Shown here piece by piece: positions 1 through 9,780 of a stretch of DNA of 54,970 nucleotides (position 1 is the stretch's first letter; every line of letters begins with the position of its first letter). The stretch lies in contig JAPOQE010000163.1 of NCBI GenBank assembly GCA_026710875.1, forward strand, positions 1 to 54,970, in the 5' to 3' direction. Made by a program: the position numbers and the translations under genes. Below the pieces are notes generated by a model, which saw only the letters and a list, made by a program, of their open reading frames with translations, did no database searches and was not told the origin of the DNA. Source of the DNA: Gammaproteobacteria bacterium. Lineage in GTDB: Bacteria; Pseudomonadota; Gammaproteobacteria; UBA4575.

Positions 1-2
1 AT

Positions 3-1925
3 GATCTTCTGGCGGGTCTCAACGCACGGATAACCAGCTGGAAACACATTGATATAGAAAATAACGTTGTCGCACTCGGCCTGGATACCGGACAGATTCT
101 GGTCTTTCGTCACAGCTATACCCTGAAATACGATGACGATCACAGGACCATCATTCCCCGGATCATCTTTCCCTATGGCGATCAGCCTATCGATCTCGGG
201 ATTGGCCGCCAGGCAGTTACTCACTTTGCCGTTGGCGACAATGAGGACGGGCTGACCATCTTTGCGTATACAAAAGACGGGCCAAGCCTCATCGACTATG
301 CAAAACTGTCTTCGTTCCTGGATGAAGATGAGGTAGAGCTGGAGTTAACCAGTCGAATATCCCTTCCGTATTTCGATCAGCTGATCGGGGCATTGTTATC
401 ACCGGAAAGGCAATGGTTGTATTTGCTGAACGATAAGGGTGTGATCTCATTTTACGATATCCGTTCTGCAGATAAACCGGTACATGTCGAAGATGTTCAG
501 CCTCTGGATCCCGCCAGTCGGCCGACCGCGTTTGAATTTCTGATCGGCAGCATATCGGTCCTGCTCGGTGACGATCAGGGAAATATTCACCAGTTGTTCC
601 TGGTGCGTGACGAAGGCGGTAATCAGCATCTGACTGAAATCAGGAAGTTCAGTAGCGGTTCTGAAAGTATCACTGGCATCTACACCGAAAGATTGCGCAA
701 GGGATTCCTGGTGACGGATGATGCTGGTCAGGTGTCGGTCTTTCATACCACTGCATTCCGTCATTTGCTGACAGAAAAAATTGCTGGCCACCCCCTTTTG
801 AATCTGAGTATTGCCCCACGAAGTGACAAGCTGGTGGTTGAGGACATCACGGGTCGACTGCATATATGGAAACTGGATAGTGAACACCCGGAAGCCTCGT
901 TCAGTTCCATCTGGGGCAAGGTCTGGTATGAGAGTTATCCAGAACCGGATTACGTCTGGCAGTCTTCCTCGGCATCGAGTGATTTTGAACCGAAGTTCAG
1001 TCTGACACCGCTGACCTTTGGAACCTTCAAGGCTGCATTCTATGCCATGTTGCTGGCGATGCCGCTAGCCATTTTCGGAGCCATATTCACGGCCTATTTC
1101 ATGGCGCCGAAAATGCGAGGTGTGGTCAAGCCTACCATTGAAATCATGGAGGCCCTGCCAACGGTAATCTTGGGATTCCTGGCGGGTTTGTGGCTGGCGC
1201 CCTTCGTGGAGTCCCATCTCCCGGGAATCTTTGTTTCCCTGCTGGCCATACCGGCAGGGATGTTTATCGCCAGTTTCGCGTGGTGGAGCCTTCCCGATCG
1301 CATAAAACTGCTGGTACCTGAAGGCTGGCAGGCAGCATTGCTGGTGCCGATCGTGATCCTTTCTGCATGGATGGCTTTGGGACTCAGCCCCTGGATGGAG
1401 AACACATTTTTTGATGGCAGTATACGGATCTGGATTACGGATACCCTGGGCATCGGTTATGACCAGAGAAACTCGATCATCATTGGAATTGCCATGGGAT
1501 TTGCGGTGATCCCAACAATTTTCTCTATTGCAGAAGACGCCGTGTTCAGCGTACCCAAGCACCTGACCTCAGGGTCCCTGGCACTTGGCGCAACCCCCTG
1601 GCAGTCCCTGGTGCGCGTTGTGTTGCCTTCTGCCAGCCCGGGAATCTTTTCTGCAACCATGATCGGACTGGGTCGTGCCGTCGGTGAAACCATGATTGTT
1701 CTGATGGCCACCGGCAATACCCCGGTGATGGATTTCAGCATCTTTGAGGGGATGCGCACACTCTCTGCGAATGTTGCGGTCGAGTTGCCGGAGTCCGAAG
1801 TGGACAGCACACATTTCAGAATCCTGTTCATGGCAGCACTGGTGCTGTTTATATTTACCTTCTTCTTCAACACCATCGCTGAAATTGTCCGCCAGCGGTT
1901 GCGAGAAAAATACAGCTCCCTATAG
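3..1925 (+). CDS. pstC: Phosphate ABC transporter permease PstC, long form, 5'-truncated by window edge
   Basis: Frame 3 is open from nt 3, with no stop before the TTG at 393 used by the ORF track. The C-terminal ~290 aa is a multi-TM ABC permease with the loop 'GSLALGATPWQSLVRVVLPSASPGI'. A long soluble N-terminal extension resembles the long PstC of pseudomonads. Followed by pstA-pstB-phoU. Confidence 0.9.
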   Translation, partial: DLLAGLNARITSWKHIDIENNVVALGLDTGQILVFRHSYTLKYDDDHRTIIPRIIFPYGDQPIDLGIGRQAVTHFAVGDNEDGLTIFAYTKDGPSLIDYAKLSSFLDEDEVELELTSRISLPYFDQLIGALLSPERQWLYLLNDKGVISFYDIRSADKPVHVEDVQPLDPASRPTAFEFLIGSISVLLGDDQGNIHQLFLVRDEGGNQHLTEIRKFSSGSESITGIYTERLRKGFLVTDDAGQVSVFHTTAFRHLLTEKIAGHPLLNLSIAPRSDKLVVEDITGRLHIWKLDSEHPEASFSSIWGKVWYESYPEPDYVWQSSSASSDFEPKFSLTPLTFGTFKAAFYAMLLAMPLAIFGAIFTAYFMAPKMRGVVKPTIEIMEALPTVILGFLAGLWLAPFVESHLPGIFVSLLAIPAGMFIASFAWWSLPDRIKLLVPEGWQAALLVPIVILSAWMALGLSPWMENTFFDGSIRIWITDTLGIGYDQRNSIIIGIAMGFAVIPTIFSIAEDAVFSVPKHLTSGSLALGATPWQSLVRVVLPSASPGIFSATMIGLGRAVGETMIVLMATGNTPVMDFSIFEGMRTLSANVAVELPESEVDSTHFRILFMAALVLFIFTFFFNTIAEIVRQRLREKYSSL

Positions 1926-1947
1926 ACACCTGGTAAGCCGATAGCCC

Positions 1948-3630
1948 ATGTCAAAGCAAACGAACAAAAATTCTTTCGAGTCATTCATATCGTCCGGCCA
2001 GCCCTGGGTATGGATGAACGCAGGAGCTGTGGCGATCAGCATGATCATGGTGGCAGGCTTGCTGCTTCTTATTGCTGCCCGCGGCCTGGGTCATTTCTGG
2101 CCCAAGACGGTCTATGAGATTGAATACGACAACGGCACCAATATTGTTCAAATTGTTGGTGAGCGGGTGGAAACCGAAGAAGTTCCAAAGAAACGGATTG
2201 TGGAATCCGGAATCCGGGTCGACAGCGACCAGGACCTCATTGAGCGTAGCCTGATCAAGGTCGGCATACGCGAAGTGCTGGGTGTGGACTTCATGCTCAC
2301 CGTGGCCCCGAACGAAAAAAGTGTTCGGATTCCTGAAGATGTCATCGTGCTGGAACGTACGCAATGGGGAAATTTTTACGGATACCTGACCGGTGTGAAA
2401 CAAGCCGGTGAACCTGTCAATGCTGCCACTGCAGCCCTGTGGGATGAGCTTGAGCCCCGCTTGCACCGTGTGACGGAATTGCGCAAGCGTATAGAACATG
2501 TAGAGAAACAAGAGATCGGTTCCATCAACTTCCAGCTGGAAAAGCTTCGCCTCAAGCACAGGGGACTGGAATTGGAAGGCGTGACAGCACAAAAATCCTA
2601 TGACCAGATACAGGTTAGGCAGGATGCCTATACGCGCGACTACGATGTACTGAAAGCAGAACTTGACACCCTGTACCGGGACATTGCGCGGGACAGCCTC
2701 ACGGCGCGCGTGATGACCGGGGACGAGGTGGAAATCAAGCTTGCCAACGTGGTCAAGGCCTATCAGCCGAACGCCATGAGCCTGGGCGAGAAAATAATGT
2801 TCTACATCAAGACATTTTGGGGTTTCATCATGGATGATCCACGCGAAGCCAACACCGAGGGCGGAATCTTTCCGGCCATCTTCGGCACGGTGATCATGGT
2901 GCTTCTGATGTCAATTATTGTGACGCCTTTTGGTGTGATTGCCGCAATATACTTGCGTGAGTATGCGCGCCAGGGACTGGTGACGAGACTGGTCAGGATT
3001 TCCGTGAACAACCTGGCCGGTGTGCCTTCCATTGTGTACGGGGTATTTGGGCTTGGATTTTTTGTATATGTGGTGGGTGGCTCGATTGACGAGCTCTTTT
3101 ATCAAGAAGCACTGCCGTCACCGACGTTCGGATCGGGCGGTGTGCTCTGGGCCTCGTTGACGCTGGCCCTGCTGACGGTACCGGTTGTGATTGTGGCCAC
3201 CGAGGAAGGACTGGCGCGTATTCCACGGACCGTACGCGAAGGTTCACTGGCCTTGGGTGCGACCAAGGCGGAGACCCTGTGGCGGACGGTATTGCCCATG
3301 GCAAGTCCTGCAATGATGACCGGATTGATCTTGGCCGTTGCGCGTGCAGCAGGTGAGGTTGCGCCCTTGATGCTGGTGGGTGCGGTGAAACTGGCACCCT
3401 CCCTTCCGGTGGACATGAATGCGCCTTTTATACACCTGGAACGCAAGTTCATGCATCTGGGATTCCACATTTATGACGTAGGTTTTCAAAGCCCCAATGT
3501 TGAGGCCGCCCGCCCGCTCGTATATGCGACGGCATTGATCCTGGTGGTAGTGATCGTGGTTTTGAATCTTTCTGCAATCTACATACGCAATCATCTGCGC
3601 GAGAAATTCAGGAGTTTGGAGCAGCACTAG
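1948..3630 (+). CDS. pstA: Phosphate ABC transporter permease PstA (long form, 560 aa)
   Basis: N-terminal TM segment, large hydrophilic insert, and a C-terminal permease core with 'EGSLALGATKAETLWRTVLPMASPAMMTG'. Lies between pstC and pstB. Confidence 0.92.
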   Translation: MSKQTNKNSFESFISSGQPWVWMNAGAVAISMIMVAGLLLLIAARGLGHFWPKTVYEIEYDNGTNIVQIVGERVETEEVPKKRIVESGIRVDSDQDLIERSLIKVGIREVLGVDFMLTVAPNEKSVRIPEDVIVLERTQWGNFYGYLTGVKQAGEPVNAATAALWDELEPRLHRVTELRKRIEHVEKQEIGSINFQLEKLRLKHRGLELEGVTAQKSYDQIQVRQDAYTRDYDVLKAELDTLYRDIARDSLTARVMTGDEVEIKLANVVKAYQPNAMSLGEKIMFYIKTFWGFIMDDPREANTEGGIFPAIFGTVIMVLLMSIIVTPFGVIAAIYLREYARQGLVTRLVRISVNNLAGVPSIVYGVFGLGFFVYVVGGSIDELFYQEALPSPTFGSGGVLWASLTLALLTVPVVIVATEEGLARIPRTVREGSLALGATKAETLWRTVLPMASPAMMTGLILAVARAAGEVAPLMLVGAVKLAPSLPVDMNAPFIHLERKFMHLGFHIYDVGFQSPNVEAARPLVYATALILVVVIVVLNLSAIYIRNHLREKFRSLEQH

Positions 3631-3686
3631 CTCCCTTGATTGCAGCGCATCATTAAATATGTAAGTCTTCTGGGGTTAAGGTAAAA

Positions 3687-4511
3687 ATGACAATGGCAGC
3701 ACCACAAATATCACAAGACGTGCTTCTCAACCGGGCAAGCCTGGAGTTGGAAAAGGAGCAGACCTGCTTCGAATGCAAGAGGTTTGGCCTGTACTACGGC
3801 AACAGTCAGGCCCTGCGTGAAATCGACATGGTCGTACCTGAGAAAAGGGTGACCGCATTCATCGGGCCCAGCGGCTGCGGCAAGTCAACACTGCTGCGCT
3901 GCATGAATCGGATGAATGACCTGATTGACATTGTACGGCTGGAAGGAGAGATGCTGTTGCACGGAAAGGACATCAACAGCAAGTCAGTGAACGTGGCAGA
4001 GCTTCGCCGCAAGGTGGGCATGGTGTTTCAAAAGCCCAACCCGTTTCCAAAAACCGTGTACGAAAATGTGGCGTATGGATTGCGGCTGCAAGGTGTGAAC
4101 AAGAAACGGATTCTTGATGAGCGCGTTGAATGGGCATTGCATGGCGCGGCGCTTTGGGATGAAGTCAAGGATCGGCTGCAGGATAACGCCATGGGGTTAT
4201 CCGGAGGGCAGCAGCAGCGTCTGGTCATTGCGCGTGCGATTGCCATTCAACCTGAGGTAATTTTGCTGGATGAGCCGGCGTCTGCCTTGGATCCCATTTC
4301 GACGCTGAAGATTGAAGAGCTGATCATTCAGTTGAAGAAGGACTATACCGTAGTCATCGTAACCCACAATATGCAGCAGGCTGCACGCGTATCGGATTAC
4401 ACGGCATTTTTGTATTTGGGAGAACTGATTGAATTCGGTGCAACCGACCAACTGTTCACCAATCCAGCCCAGAAGCAGACAGAAGACTACATCACCGGCC
4501 GTTACGGCTGA
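3687..4511 (+). CDS. pstB: Phosphate ABC transporter ATP-binding protein PstB
   Basis: Walker A 'GPSGCGKST', ABC signature 'LSGGQQQR', Walker B 'ILLDEP', and the PstB-type C-terminus '[10 protein letters not shown]'. Confidence 0.96.
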   Translation: MTMAAPQISQDVLLNRASLELEKEQTCFECKRFGLYYGNSQALREIDMVVPEKRVTAFIGPSGCGKSTLLRCMNRMNDLIDIVRLEGEMLLHGKDINSKSVNVAELRRKVGMVFQKPNPFPKTVYENVAYGLRLQGVNKKRILDERVEWALHGAALWDEVKDRLQDNAMGLSGGQQQRLVIARAIAIQPEVILLDEPASALDPISTLKIEELIIQLKKDYTVVIVTHNMQQAARVSDYTAFLYLGELIEFGATDQLFTNPAQKQTEDYITGRYG

Positions 4512-4548
4512 TGCTTTTCCAAGCTCAAACGAGGTAGCGAGGTAGCAC

Positions 4549-5274
4549 ATGGTATATCAGGACATCGGACAACATATCTCTCATCAGTACGATGAGGACT
4601 TGGAGTCTTTGCGCAGCAAAGTGCTGAACATGGGGGGAATGGTAGAAAAGCAGGTTCAGAATGCGTTGCTGGCCCTGACCCGTGCGGACAGCAGCCTGGC
4701 AGAGGATGTGGCTACCAGTGACTACCGTATCAATGCGATGGAAGTTGCGATTGATGAAGAGTGCACACAGGTAATTGCAAGACGCCAGCCGGCAGCCAGC
4801 GACCTGCGCCTGGTGGTTACCGTGATTAAATGCATTACTGATCTGGAAAGAATCGGGGATGAGGCAGAGAAAATCGGGCGCCATGCCGTGGAGCTTGCCG
4901 CCATCGAGCGAACCCCAACCTACTTTTTGGAAATCAAGCACCTTGGGGATCAGGTTTGCAAGATGTTGCATGATAGCCTGGATGCGCTGGCACGCATGGA
5001 CGTCGACAATGCATTTGTCATTGCACAGGGTGATCGGGCGATCAATGATGAATATGATGCGCTGACGCGGCAGTTAATCACCTACATGATGGAGGACCCC
5101 CGTACCATCAAGCGTTCACTCAGGGTCATGTGGTGCGCGCGTTCTCTGGAAAGAATCGGGGATCATGCAAAAAACATATGCGAGTATGTCATCTATACCG
5201 TAGCCGGCAAGGATATCCGTCATACCAGTTTTGATCAGGTCAAGGCCGAACTTGGCAATTCAGACAATAAATAA
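4549..5274 (+). CDS. phoU: Phosphate signalling regulator PhoU
   Basis: Two PhoU repeats carrying 'DLERIGDEAEKI' and 'SLERIGDHAKNI'. Located directly after pstB. Confidence 0.95.
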   Translation: MVYQDIGQHISHQYDEDLESLRSKVLNMGGMVEKQVQNALLALTRADSSLAEDVATSDYRINAMEVAIDEECTQVIARRQPAASDLRLVVTVIKCITDLERIGDEAEKIGRHAVELAAIERTPTYFLEIKHLGDQVCKMLHDSLDALARMDVDNAFVIAQGDRAINDEYDALTRQLITYMMEDPRTIKRSLRVMWCARSLERIGDHAKNICEYVIYTVAGKDIRHTSFDQVKAELGNSDNK

Positions 5275-5504
5275 CACCCTCTGGGCATAGGTCCCAAAAA
5301 TGAGGTCCGCAGGGCTTCACCCTTGTCATTTGCGCCCGATCGTGGCCCTGCGCGCGTGCGTCCCGAGGGCAGGATGACCCCGTCAGCAACAAAAAACTGT
5401 TGCAATCGCATTTTATTGTATTCAGGATTGGACAGCATTGCGGGCGCAGACACGCTGCTCGCCGGGAAAACAATCTTGTTTATTTAGTAAGGAGTACGAT
5501 CGAG

Positions 5505-5696
5505 ATGCGAAAATTTATTCTGGTTTTGTTTTTTTCCGCGCTACTGGCTGCTTGCAGCAGTGAAGAAGCCGATCATTCTGCCGACACTGCCAATGAAGCC
5601 GCAGAAGCGCCTGCAGCTGAGGGTCATGCCAGCGAAGGGGAACATTCAGAAATGGATGAAGCTGCAGCAGCTGAGCACACGGAGGAAGGCTCTTAA
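5505..5696 (+). CDS. Small acidic His/Glu-rich putative lipoprotein (63 aa)
   Basis: ATG at 5505 preceded by AAGGAG at 5489-5494. Signal peptide with lipobox 'LLAAC'. The mature part is Glu/Ala/His-rich ('EGHASEGEHSEMDEAAAAEHTEEGS'). The ORF-track start at 5400 lacks a signal peptide and SD. Confidence 0.55.
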   Translation: MRKFILVLFFSALLAACSSEEADHSADTANEAAEAPAAEGHASEGEHSEMDEAAAAEHTEEGS

Positions 5697-5962
5697 GCCG
5701 ACGAAGCCTGAAGATATCTGCTGGCGGTATCTGGCCGGGTATATCCTCGGAAAGTGCCCGCTGGCAGGCATCCTGGTCTGAGTCATGCCTGGCATGGCTA
5801 CAGGCATCTTAATTCTATCGGTTACCGGACGGGGTGCCGGCCATCGCGACCGGGGGACGGGTCCTTGCCGGTAATCTGGCCAAGCGCGCTCACTGTGTGC
5901 CTGTCGGCTTTGATGGATAGGCCGACGAGCTGATACCCCTCTATACAAGTACCTTGCAGGCG

Positions 5963-6577
5963 ATGGAAAACAGCCAACTTTTTATTGTCTCCGGGCCCTC
6001 CGGGTCTGGCAAGACGAGTTTGGTCAAGGCACTCGTGGAGAATGCTCCGGATGTGGTGGCATCGGTGTCCCACACGACCCGGCCCATGCGTCCCGGTGAA
6101 GTCAATGGCCAGGACTACATATTCATAAATATTTCAGTGTTCAAGGCCATGATCGACCGGGGTGAGTTTCTGGAATATGCCGAAGTCTTCGGCAATTTCT
6201 ACGGCACCTCGCAATCATCTGTACAGGGTCTACTTGAGAAGGGCTGCAGGGTGATTCTGGAGATTGACTGGCAGGGCGCACGACGGACCCGCCAGCGGAT
6301 TCGCGGTACCACATCAATTTTCATACTTCCTCCTTCCAGATCCGCCTTGGAGCACCGCCTTCGCAGCCGCGGTCAGGACAGCGATGAGACGGTTTCAAGA
6401 AGGATGCGCAAGGCGGAAAGTGAAATCAGTCACTATGACGAGTTTGATCACGTGGTTCTGAATGATGAGTTTGACCATGCACTGCATGATCTTGACTGCC
6501 TGATCTCCTGTCCGGAACGTTTTCAGCCGCTGGATACCGAGGTATTGCAGTCCCTGACCCGGGAGCTTCTCGGATAG
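5963..6577 (+). CDS. gmk: Guanylate kinase
   Basis: P-loop 'GPSGSGKTS' and gmk-rpoZ-spoT synteny. The ATG at 5963 is preferred over the upstream TTG at 5954. Confidence 0.95.
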   Translation: MENSQLFIVSGPSGSGKTSLVKALVENAPDVVASVSHTTRPMRPGEVNGQDYIFINISVFKAMIDRGEFLEYAEVFGNFYGTSQSSVQGLLEKGCRVILEIDWQGARRTRQRIRGTTSIFILPPSRSALEHRLRSRGQDSDETVSRRMRKAESEISHYDEFDHVVLNDEFDHALHDLDCLISCPERFQPLDTEVLQSLTRELLG

Positions 6578-6645
6578 TGCTGGATGCCGGAGGATGAATT
6601 CGTTAGTATTGACCGTTCCCTGATATGTTTTTGTAGGAGTATGGA

Positions 6646-7128
6646 ATGGCTCGGGTGACTGTTGAGGATTGTTTGGAGCACGTAGAGAACCGCTTTGAGT
6701 TGGTCTTGCTGGCGAGTAAGCGCACGCGCCAACTGGTAATGGGAGTCGAGGCACTTGTCGAGTGGGAAAATGACAAACCAACCGTGGTTGCGCTGCGTGA
6801 GATTGCAAAGAACCTGGTCAACGAGGAGATGATGGAGGCTGCGATGGCAGCTCCTGCAGAGGGGGAAGGCGCTGAATTTGGTGAAGACGAACTGGCAGCC
6901 CTGTACACAGAGATCAGCCGAGAGCTCAACGAGACCCGCCCAGAAAATGATAACCCGGAAAAGCCGAATGCCCTGCAGGAGTCAGAGGACCAGCTGCTGA
7001 GCAAACGCCTGCAACGCCTGATTGAAGAAGACGAGGCTGCGGCAAGCAAAGAGCCGCAGATACAGGCTTCGCCCCCTGAACCTTCGCCGCAGGCGGATTC
7101 GTCCGATGAAGGGGAACAGGAGTCCTAG
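6646..7128 (+). CDS. rpoZ: RNA polymerase omega subunit with long acidic C-terminal extension
   Basis: N-terminus '[30 protein letters not shown]' is the canonical omega core. The remaining ~90 aa are acidic and low-complexity. Confidence 0.93.
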   Translation: MARVTVEDCLEHVENRFELVLLASKRTRQLVMGVEALVEWENDKPTVVALREIAKNLVNEEMMEAAMAAPAEGEGAEFGEDELAALYTEISRELNETRPENDNPEKPNALQESEDQLLSKRLQRLIEEDEAAASKEPQIQASPPEPSPQADSSDEGEQES

Positions 7129-7158
7129 GCGGCTTTCTGATCCGCTTGTTTTGCGGCA

Positions 7159-9330
7159 ATGGCTAGTGTTGTAAAACCCGCTAGCAGGCATCTAGTCGCA
7201 GATCATCCTACACGTTTTTTGATCAGCGACCTTTGTGCGTTGCTGGAAACCTATCTCGATGCACCGCAAGTCAAGACGGTGTACTACGCCTACTTGTTAA
7301 GTGCGACAGCACATGAAGGCCAGACACGCCTCACCGGCGAACCCTATATCTATCACCCACTTGCCGTAGCCCGGGTCTTGGCAGGTATGCACATGGATGC
7401 GCAGACCATTGCTGCCGCCGTATTGCATGATGTGATCGAAGATACGGAAACGGCCAAGGAGCAGATCATTCAGGAGTTCGGCAAGGATGTGGCTGAACTG
7501 GTAGACGGGGTCAGCAAACTTACCAATTTGGAGTTCGGGTCCAAGCAGGAAGCGCAGGCCGAGAACTTCCGCAAAATGATGCTCGCTTTCGCAAAGGACG
7601 TGCGTGTCATCATCATCAAGTTGGCAGACCGGCTACATAATATGCGTACCCTGAGCGGGGTGGCCTTCGAAAAACGCAAGCGGATTGCACGCGAAACCCT
7701 GGACATCTATGCCCCCATTGCAATGCGACTTGGAATGCACGAGTTGTGCATGGAGCTCGAAGAGCTTTCATTCAAAACATTATGGCCAAGGCGCTACGAA
7801 GTGTTACAGGACTCAGTGAATCGCACGAACGTAAATCGCAACAAGCTGCTCCAGGAAGTGGAGAAAAATATCTGCGAGAGACTGGATGATGCCGGTATTG
7901 TCAGCCGGATCCACGGGCGCGAGAAAAATATTTACAGCATCTACAGAAAAATGAAGGAAAAAAATCTTCAGTTTTCCGAGGTCTTTGATGTTTTCGGGTT
8001 CCGTATCGTCGTCGGCGATGTGGATACGTGCTACCGGGTACTCGGTGTGATCCATAACCTGTATAAGCCGGTCCCCGGCAAGTTCAAGGATTATGTTGCC
8101 ATACCCAAAAAAAATGCCTACCAGTCATTGCATACCATTTTGTTCGGCCCGAAAGGGATTCCGGTTGAAGTGCAGATTCGCTCCGAAGAAATGGATCAGG
8201 TTGCCCTGTCCGGAATTGCCGCCCACTGGATGTACAAGGGGGGTGAGGGCGATCATGGAGGGGCACATACGCGGACACAGGAATGGCTCAAGACGGTCTC
8301 GGAGATCCAGCACAGCTCGGGCAGTTCGCTTGAATTCCTGGAAAGCGTAAAGGTCGATCTGTTCTATGATGAGATTTATGTGTTCACCCCGATGGGCGAT
8401 ATCATGGAGTTGCCCCGTGATGCGACGGCTGTGGATTTTGCCTATGCGGTGCACTCGGACGTCGGCAATCATTGTGTCGGAGCACGGATCAACCGTCGGC
8501 TCGAGCCGTTCAGCACGATTCTGGAAAATGGACAAACCATTGAAATCATTACTGCGCCTGAAGGCCATCCAAGCCCGGACTGGCTGAACTTCATCGTTAC
8601 CGCGAAGGCGCGTACAAATATTCGAAGTTATCTGAAAAACCTGCAGGCCGAAGAAGCGGGCATCTTGGGTCAACGGCTTCTCAACCAGGCATTGCTTGCC
8701 TACGACAAGACTTGGGACGATGTCAGCAAGCGCGATTTGGCACGCTTGCTCAATGAACTGCAGTTGGAATCCGAGCAACAACTGTTTGTAGAAGTCGGGC
8801 TAGGGGATCGGATGGCTCCTTTCGTAGTCAAGCACCTGGTTTCCTTGCGCGGATTGTGGATGAAATTGCGGTCCCGTAGTGAAAGAAAAAATCCCTTGGC
8901 AATCCGTGGTACAGAGGGCATGGTGGTCAGTTACGGAAAATGCTGTCACCCCATACCCGGGGATTCCGTGATCGGCCTGATGACAGCCGGCAAGGGACTG
9001 GTAGTGCATTATGCCAAGTGCCGCAATATCGTACGACGCAGGAAACAAAACCGTGACCAATGGATCAACGTCTATTGGGACCGTAATCCAGGCAGTGAGT
9101 TTTCCGCGGAAATCAGTATCAAGACGGCAAATGAGCGCGGTGTGCTGGCGGTGGTAGCAGCCAAGATTTCAGAAGAGAGTTCCAATATCGAGAACATCAT
9201 TCTGGATGAAAAATTTGGCGCAACCACCACGATCACAATTTTGCTCACCGTCAGGGACCGTGATCACCTGGCGAGTATCATACGGGCGGTGCGCAAAACT
9301 CCAAAAGTCTACAAGGTCAAACGCATTTAA
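7159..9330 (+). CDS. spoT: Bifunctional (p)ppGpp synthetase/hydrolase SpoT
   Basis: HD hydrolase motif 'HDVIEDT', a RelA/SpoT synthetase region, TGS and C-terminal ACT-like regions. 723 aa, in rpoZ-spoT-recG synteny. Confidence 0.95.
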   Translation: MASVVKPASRHLVADHPTRFLISDLCALLETYLDAPQVKTVYYAYLLSATAHEGQTRLTGEPYIYHPLAVARVLAGMHMDAQTIAAAVLHDVIEDTETAKEQIIQEFGKDVAELVDGVSKLTNLEFGSKQEAQAENFRKMMLAFAKDVRVIIIKLADRLHNMRTLSGVAFEKRKRIARETLDIYAPIAMRLGMHELCMELEELSFKTLWPRRYEVLQDSVNRTNVNRNKLLQEVEKNICERLDDAGIVSRIHGREKNIYSIYRKMKEKNLQFSEVFDVFGFRIVVGDVDTCYRVLGVIHNLYKPVPGKFKDYVAIPKKNAYQSLHTILFGPKGIPVEVQIRSEEMDQVALSGIAAHWMYKGGEGDHGGAHTRTQEWLKTVSEIQHSSGSSLEFLESVKVDLFYDEIYVFTPMGDIMELPRDATAVDFAYAVHSDVGNHCVGARINRRLEPFSTILENGQTIEIITAPEGHPSPDWLNFIVTAKARTNIRSYLKNLQAEEAGILGQRLLNQALLAYDKTWDDVSKRDLARLLNELQLESEQQLFVEVGLGDRMAPFVVKHLVSLRGLWMKLRSRSERKNPLAIRGTEGMVVSYGKCCHPIPGDSVIGLMTAGKGLVVHYAKCRNIVRRRKQNRDQWINVYWDRNPGSEFSAEISIKTANERGVLAVVAAKISEESSNIENIILDEKFGATTTITILLTVRDRDHLASIIRAVRKTPKVYKVKRI

Positions 9331-9346
9331 ATAAGGGGATCTACAC

Positions 9347-9730
9347 ATGGGACGCGAGATCATTGAAACTACACGTGCACCGCAGGCCATCGGCACCTAT
9401 TCACAAGCGGTCAAGGTGGACAGCACTGTCTATATGTCAGGTCAGATTCCGCTCGACCCGGATTCCATGCAGTTGGTCGGCGACGACATGAGAACACAGA
9501 TTACCCAGGTATTTGAAAATCTTCGTTCGGTGGCAGAAGCTGCCGGTGGCACACTCGATCATGTGGTGAAGCTGAATATTTTTCTAACGGATCTTGTTCA
9601 TTTTCCTTTGGTCAATGAAATCATGTCCAAATACTTTTCAAAACCTTACCCAGCACGTGCAGCGATCGGTGTGGCTGCGCTGCCCAAGGAGGCGGGCGTG
9701 GAAATGGATGCCGTAATGCAGCTTGACTGA
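9347..9730 (+). CDS. ridA: RidA/YjgF family reactive-intermediate deaminase
   Basis: 127 aa with 'APQAIGTYSQAV...GQIPLDP' and C-terminal 'PARAAIGVAALPKEAGVEMDAV', typical of YjgF/RidA. Confidence 0.9.
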   Translation: MGREIIETTRAPQAIGTYSQAVKVDSTVYMSGQIPLDPDSMQLVGDDMRTQITQVFENLRSVAEAAGGTLDHVVKLNIFLTDLVHFPLVNEIMSKYFSKPYPARAAIGVAALPKEAGVEMDAVMQLD

Positions 9731-9780
9731 AACAGCCATCCTGTACCCTCTTCTGTCTGGACGGACCGGACCCCTCACAA

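Noticed and set aside
8125-8781. 218-aa ORF antisense to spoT
   Set aside because: It lies entirely inside a strongly motif-supported gene on the other strand. It has no recognisable motif and the Arg/Gly/Pro/Cys-rich composition typical of shadow ORFs in GC-rich coding DNA.
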